DNA of 36,651 nucleotides from Saprolegnia diclina VS20 (GCF_000281045.1 NW_008246106.1:381428-418078); one strand, 5' to 3'; counted from the stretch's first letter, positions 1 through 10,416 are shown. Made by a program: numbers and translations. Notes: a model not told the origin generated them from the letters alone.

Positions 1-340
1 GTCGAGCTGCTCATCGCGAAGGAAGCTCGTATCAATCAAGAAGCGACCGTACATACTCGACTCGATGGACGATGTGACTCATTTGGTGTGTGCAGAGTGG
101 AGCCACACCATTGTACATTGCGTCTCAAAAAGGCCATCTCGCCGTGGTCGAGCTGCTCATCGCGAAGGGAGCTCTTATCAATCAAGAAGCGACCGTACGT
201 ACTCGACTCGATGGACGACGCGACTCATTTGGGGTGTGCAGAGTGGAGCCACACCATTGTACGTCGCGTCTCGCAATGGTCATCTCGCCGTGGTCGAGCT
301 GCTCATCGCGAAGAGAGCAAGCATCAATCAAACCGACAAA
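1..340 (+). repeat. 146-bp tandem array (99-nt ankyrin exon + 47-nt intron), copy A
   Basis: Introns 49-95 and 195-241 are near-identical (gtac.tactcgactcgatggacga...gactcattt gg.gtgtgcag); exons 96-194 and 242-340 each encode exactly 33 aa. Confidence 0.95.
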
Positions 341-1938
341 GTACATGCCTATGGCGACAAAGACTTGGTTTGACGAAATGAAATCTTTGTAGGATGGCGA
401 GACTGCGCTGCACGTTGCCTCGCGTTTTGGTCGTTCCAGCACCGTGGCGCATCTCCTTGGCGCTGGTGCGATGGTAAGCCCGCTGACGACACGTAGCTTT
501 TCGCATGATGGCAAAACCATTCCAGTACCGTGATCGCTTCGCCTTGATACCATAAATGTCTCTGATCAGAGCGGCTCGACGCCTCTATCGGTTGCCATCT
601 TGTACGATCACGGTGCCGTTGTTGTCGCTTTCCTTCGTCACCAGCCCAACACCACGCTTCTTGACTCGGTATTTCCATCCATATGCCATAAGCTAACTCT
701 GTATAGTCTGGGATCAGCCTTGCGCACCTTGCTGTGCGCGGTGATATCATACAGCTTCTCAACAAGATCCTGGACCCACCTGGCCCAGCCCTCACTGCAC
801 GCAACCAGGTACAAATGATGTGCATTCATCACTGTACCTCATTTGGTGCAGAACAACGAGACGCCATTAATGCTGGCCATCAAGCTGCGCCACCGCATCT
901 TTCCGCAGCGCATCTACCATGCGTTGCATCCCAGCTTCGACAACGTACGACAACCAACCCAGCTCTTCGATATGTACACTCTGTCGTAGGTGCCCGAGGG
1001 CGAGATCCAAGTCGATAGTAATCGAGTACTTGGCCAAGGCCACTACGGAATTGTCTACGAAGGCACGTTTCGCGGGCTGCGTGTGGCCGTCAAGAAGGGT
1101 CCATCTTCCGCTGCCTTCAGCCTTCAAAATGAGATCAACGCCATGGAGAGGTACGACTCTATACATATTTTTAACATTATATCGATGAATCGAGGTAGAT
1201 GCAACTCGCCGTATCTGCTTACGCTCATCGCGGTCTCGGGGCGGTATACTAATTATCCCCAGCTCGTGCTCGAGTACATGGACGGCGGCAACCTCCGCGA
1301 GTACCTCGACAAGAAGCGAGAGGGTGAGTCGGTCCCGATCGAGTACTCGACGCTGGACGTGGCGTGGGTGCTGGCGAGTGCGCTTGCGGACCTGCACCGG
1401 AATGGCTTTGTCCACCGCGATCTCAAGAGCCACAACGTCCTTCTCTCTTCCGAGAGCTACATCAAGGTCGCCGACTTTGGCACGGCAAGAGCGGCTGACC
1501 GCAACCTGACGGCAAATACCGGCACACCGGCATGGACTGCGCCCGAGGTCTTTTCATCGACTGCGACGTCCACATACGACTCTGCGGCCGACATTTACTC
1601 GTTTGGCGTCGTCTTGATCGAGCTCGTGACGCTCCAAGAGCCGTACGCAGACGTGAATGTGTTCGATGTCCTAGTACGCGTTCGCGACGGTTCGTTGCGT
1701 CCGAACGACAACTTGTCCAACTTTGTCGACTGCCCTGCGTGGCTCGTCCAGCTCATTGACGACTGCGTGGCGTTTGATCCCAAGATGCGCCCGGCCGCCA
1801 ACGCAATCGTTGACCGTCTCGCTTTGCACAGTGCACTTGACCCGACTGCGCCGCACGCTGTGGACCGAATGATGCCGGTACGAACTTTCCGCCACAAAAG
1901 TGCTATTGGTTGCATGCCTCTTGTAGCCAATGGCCTAA
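1..1938 (+). CDS. Ankyrin-repeat TKL-family protein kinase, copy A (5' end lies upstream of the window)
   Basis: Predicted exons <1-48, 96-194, 242-340, 393-524 (alternative donor at 474 possible), 570-668, 707-808, 852-944, 990-1150, 1199-1877, 1927-1938, joined by GT-AG introns of 38-52 nt. Ankyrin repeats (SGATPLYIASQKGHLAVVELLIAKG, DGETALHVASRFG, NNETPLMLAIKL) precede an intact kinase domain (GQGHYG, VAVK, HRDLKSHN, DFG, GTPAWTAPE, DIYSFG). If the last intron is not spliced the ORF ends at 2027. Confidence 0.9.
130..1890. repeat. Left arm of a ~1.75 kb inverted duplication (partner 5855-7615)
   Basis: Position x pairs with about 7745-x (e.g. 990 with 6755). Exons and introns are near-identical up to ~1770, then similarity decays. 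Confidence 0.95.
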
Positions 1939-3672
1939 GCTTGCCAAGACAAGTTGAAGATACGACAAAGCAGTATCGAGCTATCGTTCACGCTCCTGCA
2001 TTGCGACTAACACAATTTTATAACTAACTATTCATGTACTGCTGCAACAGGTCCCATCCGGGGTGAGCTGGCAGGAACTTTTGTATTGAATGCGAAGCAT
2101 TGAGTATTGCGACGACGGCGCCATACATAGGGATGGTGGTTTTCAAGGGACGACTGGGAAAGCCCTTGCCTCAACCCTAATAAAATGAATAAAATAGTAA
2201 AAGTGATGAAAGCAATTTCTCGATGGTCCTGTTTCGTGCTAACGTTAGTAGCAATTTGGCTCCCGCGCCATACCTCGTAGTGTTGTACTGGGTAGTAGAA
2301 GACGAGGTTGACGCCCTCTGCCATGTGCCTGTCGACCATGACGTCAGCGTTAGAGATGTCTGCTCAACGGCCTTGAGAAGACCGTTTCGACCGGGTCCAC
2401 AACGAGCGCGCACATGCTTCTCTCTGGTGTCACGCAGGACGTGGACGAGGAGACCCACGAGCAGTGTCAAAAGCTTGTTCAATTCCGGCAACCAATACAT
2501 GTACTAGTAGGCACTTTTTTGTGAGACAAACGTGGTGTGAAAGATTATTATATCTTTCACGCCACGTCAAGGTATATTATACCTTGACGAACGAGTTCAG
2601 CGCCATGCTCGCGTCTGTGCCCTTGACGCGACCGCTGTTGGTGGCCACCGAGGGCTAGAATTTTTGTTTGCTGCCAACTCGAGCAGACATACAATCTGAG
2701 GCGACGTCGAGCGTCGAGTTGCTCATTTTGAAATGGCTCGCTGCGGATACCCGGATTTTGTCCGGATACGTGGACTCGGTCGTGGTCGATTTTGTTTCAA
2801 TCGGTATTTGGTCTCACACATCGACCATACTACGCACATCGCGAAGACTCTTGGCTCGAGTGCAATGGCCTTTCTACCGATATCGGCTGCGAGCGACGCC
2901 AGCACTTGTAGGTACTACCGCCGACTATGGGAGCGAGAGACAGTACCACGAGCATCTCGTGCGCATGCTGATGCTAACGCCAAAGCACTAGAGCCAAATA
3001 CAACATGTACACGAGCGGTCATGCTCGGCGCGGCGTCGGAGACAAACACCGGTAGCGATAATTTTGAGCGCTGGCGCGAGGTATGCGGACGATACATAGT
3101 CGCAACCCTTGTCTTGCTCGCTCGCTTGCTGCGATTTGTGACATCTCGCGGCAATGAGCTCGGTCATGGATCTTTATTATTGACCCATGGCTCGGTGGTA
3201 TTCAACTCGAGCGTCTCACGCATGGCGTCCTGCTGCTTGCACACGGCAGCCTCGTTGGATGGTCTTGTGACCACGAGCCGAGCCCTGAGCCTCAAAAGAC
3301 GGCGCGACGCCACCGAGACCGCTGGTGCGTGGTGGTATTCAAAGCGCTCTCGTCAAAGTGTTGGTGCAAAAGCTGCGCCCGGCGAGGTCCGCTTCGTCAT
3401 CGTAACGATTGTCATGAACGTAATAGAGCCTAAACAACCCAACAACCAGTACTAGTACCAAAAACCGTTCCCGCCACACACGCAACGCTCATTATAGCGG
3501 TGACATGCCCATGGTGAATCGACGGCAAGTGTCACGCAAAGCGGTCCATGTATCCGAGGCATCGCCCCGTGTCCCAAATTTGACTCGACGGCTTTGCTTG
3601 CGTTGCCTCCTCAAAGATATAAACACAAACCACAACGACCATTGTATCAAGTTGATACGTTAACGCATTGTC

Positions 3673-5438
3673 TCATGGGCTCACCGCGAGCGCGTTCACT
3701 GCCATGTCGCGCTTGCGCTTCAAGTCGTCGCCGTGATGGGACTTGGCACCGTTGTAGGCGGCCAACAGTGTCGTCTTTTCTCGGACGTAGAGCTCGAGGT
3801 AGGCCTGGACCTCGGGGCTAAACTGCGCCGCTAGCGTCATCGTACCAACGGGGTTTGTGTTCAACAAGATGTCGCACTCGACGTGGCGCACCGCCGTGAG
3901 GCTGGCGCGCGCAGTGCCCTGCAGTGCGTTTTCGCGGCTCGGGTCGAGATCCAGCAGCTCCATTAGCGGCAGCGTGACCTTGCCGAGCTTGGTCGTACCA
4001 AGGCTCAAGAGGCCTGTCGTGACCACCTCGATCGTCACTGTCGTGTCGAGCGGCTTGACGTTTGGGACGTTGAACTGGGAGTTCCACGTGTGGACGCAAA
4101 CGCCGCCCGTGGCGCGCTTCGTCTCGACCGGCCCCCACGTGGTGTAGTCGTCGATGCTGACGACGCACCACGCATCGAACGAATTGCCAAAGACAGACGG
4201 CGAGCGGAGAGCCGTTGCCTTGACGATCTTGAGGGTGAGGTTGACGACGGGGCGGTTGGCGATGGGCCGGTGCGGAGCGACTTCGACGAGCCCGTCGAGG
4301 ACGTCTTCGAGGCGGCGAACGACGTCGGATGCTCTCGGCCGCTGCTCTGCGTCGTACTGCGTGCATTCAAGGACGAGCGCCTGGTACGCGTTTGACGGGC
4401 AAGGACCAAAGTCTTTAGCGAGCGTCGGAAACGCCGAGCTGCGGTCTGCCAGCCACGCCGACACGCGCTTGTCGTAGTCCGCCATGTGCGCGAACGGCTT
4501 GTCGTGGGTCACGAGCGTCATGAGCACGAGGCCGAGGCAGTAGATGTCGACCTTGTCCGAGTAGGTGCCGGCGTGCTGGTCCGTTTCCGCAGCGCAGAGC
4601 ATCTCGGGCGCCCGCCACCGGTCGTGGCCGACGTTCTGCGTCAAGGCGCTGGCGCCGCTGTCGCGCGTGTTGAGACCGACAAAGACCTTGACGAAGTCGT
4701 TGTTGTCGACGTAGATGCGCGACCACGAGAGGTCGCGGTGCATCGTCGCCATGTTGTGAATGTGCACGACGGCCTTGGCGACTTGGATGCCGATCATGAG
4801 CTTGGACCGCCACGACGCATCGCGCTTCATCACAAGGAACGCGTAGAGGTTCATGCCCGACATGTTTTCGACGAACGCGATGGGGTCGTCCGAGAGCAGA
4901 TTGCTGCCGCCCACGAGACGCAGCAGCGTGCCGTTGCCGCCGTCAAGCCTAGCACACACCATCGACGTGAGCCGCGACGACGACGAGAATCATGCATGTC
5001 GTACGCTCGCATGAGAGCGATCGACTCTTTGAAGCGGCGGACCACAGTGGCATCAGTATTCGACTTCAGCTGGATGCGCAATACGAGCGTGTTGTCTGCG
5101 AGATGGCCGGCCGTGATCTTGGCGAACGGAAAGCCGTGCGCGCTTGGGCTCACCGTCGAGTGGAAGCGGAACGTCGCGGCGTCGATCGACCGGACCGAGA
5201 CGAGCCGCTGGGTCAGAAGCCTCGTCGCGTGCGCGCGCTGCCGTTCCGAGCGTTCGGCCTCGGTCTCGGTCTGGGTGCGCTGCTGCGCCTCCGCTGCGAG
5301 CACGACTGCATCCAGCTGCGCCGCGTGGTTGCACTTGAGCTTCTGCATGGCATCGTGGTGGGCCTGCTTCAAAGCCTCGATCTCGCGCTTGAGCACTTCG
5401 ACCTCGGCCGACGTGCCAGTGCTCTGCGCGGTGCCCAT
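3673..5438 (-). CDS. Predicted N-myristoylated coiled-coil + pseudokinase + C2-domain protein (~569 aa)
   Basis: Exons 5438-5005 and 4948-3673 with a 56-nt GT-AG intron that joins two ORFs in frame. Begins MGTAQS, then a heptad-like segment (EVEVLKREIEALKQAH), a kinase fold with HRDLSWSR, VFVG in place of DFG, WRAPE and DIYCLG, then a C2-like domain (VNLTLKIVKATALR...DAWCVVSI...WNSQF...TIEV...KLGKVTLPLMELL). Confidence 0.85.
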
Positions 5439-5440
5439 CA

Positions 5441-5460
5441 AGACAATGGCGGAATGGCGT
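5441..5460 (-). promoter_or_regulatory. Oomycete Inr/FPR-like core promoter motif
   Basis: Minus strand reads ACGCCATTCCGCCATTGTCT immediately before the ATG at 5438. This resembles the oomycete GCYCATTYBNNNWTTY Inr+FPR consensus (imperfect match). Confidence 0.45.
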
Positions 5461-5773
5461 CCTTCTGCCCACATTCTCACTTCACAATCCTGTGCAAAAG
5501 ATGTTTCGCAGTAACCGGAAATCGTTGGCATATCCGGAATTCCTTCTGCGCATGCACATTTTGGTGCATTCTCAGTCGCAGCGACAATGTGTAGTCGTAT
5601 AGTTGTCCCTTCACGTCATCCAAACCGAAAAGCTCAGCGAGAACACCGCCTCACGCTCAACGGCAAGAGTGTCTTATCGATCTTTCGACCACGCCGAAGC
5701 ACATTACTGAGCTATATACATATTGGCTAGACTGCGACAAGTAATCTTCTGCTGCATCAAACGGAAGCATCGA

Positions 5774-8682
5774 CTACCAGAGCCGAAGAAGGTTTCCCAG
5801 GCTACTGGTCCACGTCTATAGTCGCCACGCGATCAAAACAAGGTTAGGATCAAGAAGCTCGTACCACCGTTGTCGTTCGGTCCACGGCGAATGGCGCGTC
5901 GTGGTCGACGGCACTGTGCTGCGAAAGACGGTTGAGGATCGCGTTGGCGGTCGGGCGCCGCGTCGGATTGAACGCCACGCAGTCGTCAATGAGCTGGACG
6001 AGCCACGCAGGGCAGTCGACAAAGTTGGACAAGTTGTCGTTCGGACGCAACGAGCCGTCGCGAACGCGTACTAGGACATCGATCAAATTCACGTCTGCGT
6101 ACGGCTCTTGGAGCGTCACGAGCTCGATCAAGACGACGCCAAACGAGTAAATGTCGGCCGCAGAGTCGTATGTGGACGTCGCAGTCGATGAAAAGACCTC
6201 GGGCGCAGTCCATGCCAGTGTGCCGGTATTTGCCGTCAGGTTGCGGTCAGCCGCTCTTGCCGTGCCAAAGTCGGCGACCTTGATATAACTCTCGGAAGAG
6301 AGAAGGACGTTGTGGCTCTTGAGATCGCGATGGACGTAACCTTTCCAGTGCAGGTCCGCAAGCGCATTCGCCATCACCCACGCCACGTCCAGCGTCGAGT
6401 ACTCGATCGGGACCGACTCACCCTCTCGCTTCTTGTCGAGGTACTCGCGGAGGTTGCCGCCGTCCATGTACTCGAGCACGAGCTGGGGATAATTAGTATA
6501 CCGCCCCGAGACCGCGATGAGCGTAAGCAGATACGGCGAGTTGCATCTACCTCGATTCATCGATATAATGTTAAAAATATGTATAGAGTCGTACCTCTCC
6601 ATGGCGTTGATCTCATTTTGAAGGCTGAAGGCAGCGGAAGATGGACCCTTCTTGACGGCCACACGCAGCCCGCGAAACGTGCCTTCGTAGACAATTCCGT
6701 AGTGGCCTTGGCCAAGTACTCGATTACTATCGACTTGGATCTCGCCCTCGGGCACCTACGACAGAGTGTACATATCGAAGAGCTGGGTTGGTTGTCGTAC
6801 GTTGTCGAAGCTGGGATGCAACGCATGGTAGATGCGCTGCGGAAAGATGCGGTGGCGCAGCTTGATGGCCAGCATTAATGGCGTCTCGTTGTTCTGCACC
6901 AAAGACGGTACAGTGATGAATGCACATCATTTGTACCTGGTTGCGTGCAGTGAGGGCTGGGCCACGTGGGTCCAGGAGCGTGTTGAGAAGCTGTATGATA
7001 TCACCGCGCACAGCGAGGTGCGCAAGGCCGATCCCAGACTATACAGAGTTAGCTTATGGCATATGGATGGAAATACCGAGTCAAGAAGCGTGGTGTTGGG
7101 CTGGTGACGAAGGAAAGCGACAACAACGGCACCGTGATCGCACAAGATGGCAACCGATAGAGGCGTCGAGCCGCTCTGATCAGAGACATTTATGGTATCA
7201 AGGCGAAGCGATCACGGTACTGGAATGGTTTTGCCATCATGCGAAAAGCTACGTGTCGTCAGCGGGCTTACCATCGCACCAGCGCCAAGGAGATGCGCCA
7301 CGGTGCTGGAATGACCAAATCGCGAGGCAACGTGCAGCGCAGTTTCGCCAAACTACAAAGATTTCATTTCGTCAAACCAAGTCTTTGTCGCCATAGGCAT
7401 GTACTTTGTCGGTTTGATTGATGCTTGCTCTCTTCGCGATGAGCAGCTCGACCACGGCGAGATGACCATTGCGAGACGCGACGTACAATGGTGTGGCTCC
7501 ACTCTGCACACCCCAAATGAGTCGCGTCGTCCATCGAGTCGAGTACGTACGGTCGCTTCTTGATTGACACGAGCTTCCTTCGCGATGAGCAGCTCGACCA
7601 CGGCGAGATGGCCTTNNNNNNNNNNNNNNNNNNNNNNNNNNNNNNNNNNNNNNNNNNNNNNNNNNNNNNNNNNNNNNNNNNNNNNNNNNNNNNNNNNNNN
7701 NNNNNNNNNNNNNNNNNNNNNNNNNNNNNNNNNNNNNNNNNNNNNNNNNNNNNNNNNNNNNNNNNNNNNNNNNNNNNNNNNNNNNNNNNNNNNNNNNNNN
7801 NNNNNNNNNNNNNNNNNNNNNNNNNNNNNNNNNNNNNNNNNNNNNNNNNNNNNNNNNNNNNNNNNNNNNNNNNNNNNNAGATGACCATTGAAAGACGCAA
7901 TGTACAATGGTGTGGCTCCACTCTGCACACACCAAATGAGTCACATCGTCCATCGAGTCGAGTACGTACGGTCATTCCTTGATCGATGCTTGCTCCCTTC
8001 GCGATGAGCAGCTCGACCACAGCGAGATGACCATTGAAAGATGCGACGTACAATGGTGTGGCTCCACTCTGCACACCCCAAATGAGTCACATCGTCCATC
8101 GAGTCGAGTACGTACGTTCTTTGCTTGATCGATGCTTGCTCCCTTCGCGATGAGCAGCTCGACCACAGCGAGATGACCATTGTAAGACGCGCCGTGCAAT
8201 GGTGTGGCTCCACCCTGCACACACCAAATGAGTCACATCGTCCATCGAGTCGAGTACGTACGGTCTCTTCTTGATCGATGCTTGCTCCCTTCGCGATGAG
8301 CAGCTCGACCACGGCGAGATGGCCTTCTTCAGACGCAATGTACAATGGTGTGGCTCCACTCTGCACACACCAAATGAGTCACATCGTCCATCGAGTCGAG
8401 TACGTACGGCCTTTGCTTGATCGATACGAGCTTCCTTCGCCAGGAGACAGCGAGCGATGTTGTCATGGCCGTACCAACACGCCATGTACAGAGGCGTCCT
8501 TCCATCCTACATGTCCATGAGTCACTGCGATCGAACGTCGACGACCTTGTCGGTGCTGTTGACGTTGGCGCCTTGGCCAAGCAAGCGCTCGACCTCACTC
8601 AAGTGGTTCTTGCGCACAGCGTCCAACAACGCGTCGTCCTAACCAGCAGTGAGCATGCGCTCGTCCATGTCGCGACAACCAT
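5774..8682 (-). CDS. Ankyrin-repeat TKL-family protein kinase, copy B (gap inside the repeat array)
   Basis: ATG at 8682 is followed directly by an intron, then exons DDALLDAVRKNHLSEVERLLGQGANVNSTDK and DGRTPLYMACWYGHDNIARCLL. Array exons are 8360-8262, 8214-8116, 8068-7970, 7922-gap, gap-7551 and 7503-7405. Four more ankyrin-like exons follow, then the kinase from 6755 (HRDLKSHN, DFG, GTLAWTAPE), a last intron 5864-5816 with a CTAAC branch site, and a last exon TWTSSLGNLLRLW*. Confidence 0.9.
5855..7615. repeat. Right arm of the inverted duplication (partner 130-1890)
   Basis: Reverse complement of 130-1890; the match runs into the N gap at 7616. Confidence 0.95.
7405..8440 (-). repeat. 146-bp tandem array (ankyrin exon + 47-nt intron), copy B; at least 5-6 units, interrupted by a gap
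   Basis: Introns 8407-8361, 8261-8215, 8115-8069, 7969-7923 and 7550-7504 differ from their consensus by 0-3 nt. The period is exactly 146 bp on each side of the gap. Confidence 0.95.
7616..7878. other. Assembly gap within the ankyrin array
   Basis: Run of N. Confidence 1.
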
Positions 8683-10137
8683 GGCGATCGTCAGGCGAGA
8701 AGGGAAAGTGACGTGTATCCGGATACATCTGTCACAATGGATACCTGCAAGGGTCAATAAGGATAGAATTTGGTTAAACCTGACAACCTCTAACCTTTGA
8801 TTCCCGCTTTTCGCGATGGTGTACGTATCAACTGAATAAACACATTTTGCGCGGCCCGTGCGATAGCACAGTAGGGCAACTTGGGGTCATGACAGCGTGG
8901 GAAGCGTCCAATTCGGTGAAGTACGAGTGGCATGTCAATGCCGGGTTTGTTGACTTGGCGTTTGTATGGAAGCGTCTCGGGCACAACCGTAGTACAACCA
9001 CGCCCCACTGGGTCCTAGCATTGATCCGTGCACGATGGCAGCCCGGATCGACAATCAACGTAAAATCGTGTGCTACATGCATGTCTTTTCCGGACCGCGC
9101 TCATTGCAATGGACCAACGCGTGAGGATGGCAGCGCATGCTTCGGAGGCGCATACGAGAGATGCGTGAGCCAGCACCCGGAAGAACCGCTTTGTTTCAAA
9201 GCTATAGCTTCAATGTCTGGATGCTGCATTGGCGTCGCAAGATTGCACTTTTGGCGCAAGATCATTACACAAGACCTAGCCATGGTCAAGACGCCAGCAT
9301 CGGGGCGCTGCGCAAGCGCCAAGCTGCGAGCGCCCTGGCGACAGCGACTGCGATCGACGCAGCTGAGGAGCTGCATCCGAATATTGCGACGCCAAGTCGA
9401 TCGCTATGCGGCGGCGGCTCCTCCGGGAGAAGCTCGCGCGTTCATCGGCCCGCACCTGAGCGACAATGTCATGGACCTACATCACGATAGAATAGCTGGA
9501 CCTGCCACTTCGAGTAGCGATTGAACTACCTCATCAACTATACGTTAGTGTTGCCACGATGCTGCAGCCTCTATGCGAGAAGTGTCTGGCTGTGCAGTAT
9601 TGGACCCGAGTGCCGAAATGATGCGAAGGTTGAGGCGGCTAAGAAAGAGCTTCTCCAGCGACGGCTCTAACAATAACAACCCACATCGAAGCGAGATTGG
9701 GACGATACACCGCCCTCACCGCACAATGGAAAATGAATTTGACGTTGTTTCCACTGGAGCCCAACAAAGAATCCACCAGGTGCACCGCAGTATGGTTCCG
9801 GGCTGAAGGCCGGTAGCAATCCATTGCGCTTGCGTCCATCACATGTTCGCCATGCGAACAGAGTACCGGTACAAGAGCTACGACACAGACATAGCGCTAG
9901 GTTGCACGCGGCCCCGACACCAAACTGAAATCATAAAGCGCGCCAGGACCTGCGCAAACCTTCTCCACGAATCAAACCACTGCGCAGAGAGCCCGCTAGA
10001 TGGCCCACCGGCCCTGTGCCCTACTAGTACTCCGCAGCGACTTTTATGCCGCAATGGCCGGCTGCCCGCGAGCCGCCAAGGACGAGATGTTGGTCGCTGT
10101 TCCTGCGCGGTCCGGGCGCCCGCACGGCCAATGGCGC

Positions 10138-10416
10138 ACGGCATTGCTTGCGTTGCCTCCTCAAAGATATAAACACAAACCACAACGACCATTGTATCAA
10201 GTTGATATATAAACGCATTGTCTCATGGGCTCACCGCGAGCGCGTTCACTGCCATGTCGCGCTTGCGCTTCAAGTCGTCGCCGTGGTGGGACTTGGCACC
10301 GTTGTAGGCGGCCAACAGTGTCGTCTTTTCTCGGACGTAGAGCTCGAGGTAGGCCTGGACCTCGGGGCTAAACTGCGCCGCTAGCGTCATCGTACCAACG
10401 GGGTTTGTGTTCAACA
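10138..10416 (-). pseudogene. Duplicated 3' fragment (last ~64 codons, stop and 3' flank) of the pseudokinase-C2 gene
   Basis: Direct copy of 3588-3866 (offset 6550) with only a few mismatches. Homology stops abruptly at 10416 and no upstream coding sequence is present. Confidence 0.92.

Noticed and set aside
1..392. Frameshifted or pseudogenised ankyrin ORFs, or programmed frameshifting
   Set aside because: The apparent frame rotation is fully explained by 47-nt introns.
130..7615. Terminal inverted repeats of a DNA transposon
   Set aside because: The arms are intron-containing kinase genes; no transposase or target-site duplication seen.
7405..8440. CRISPR-like repeat-spacer array
   Set aside because: The 47-nt repeats are GT-AG introns and the intervening 99-nt segments are homologous ankyrin exons; eukaryotic context and no cas genes.
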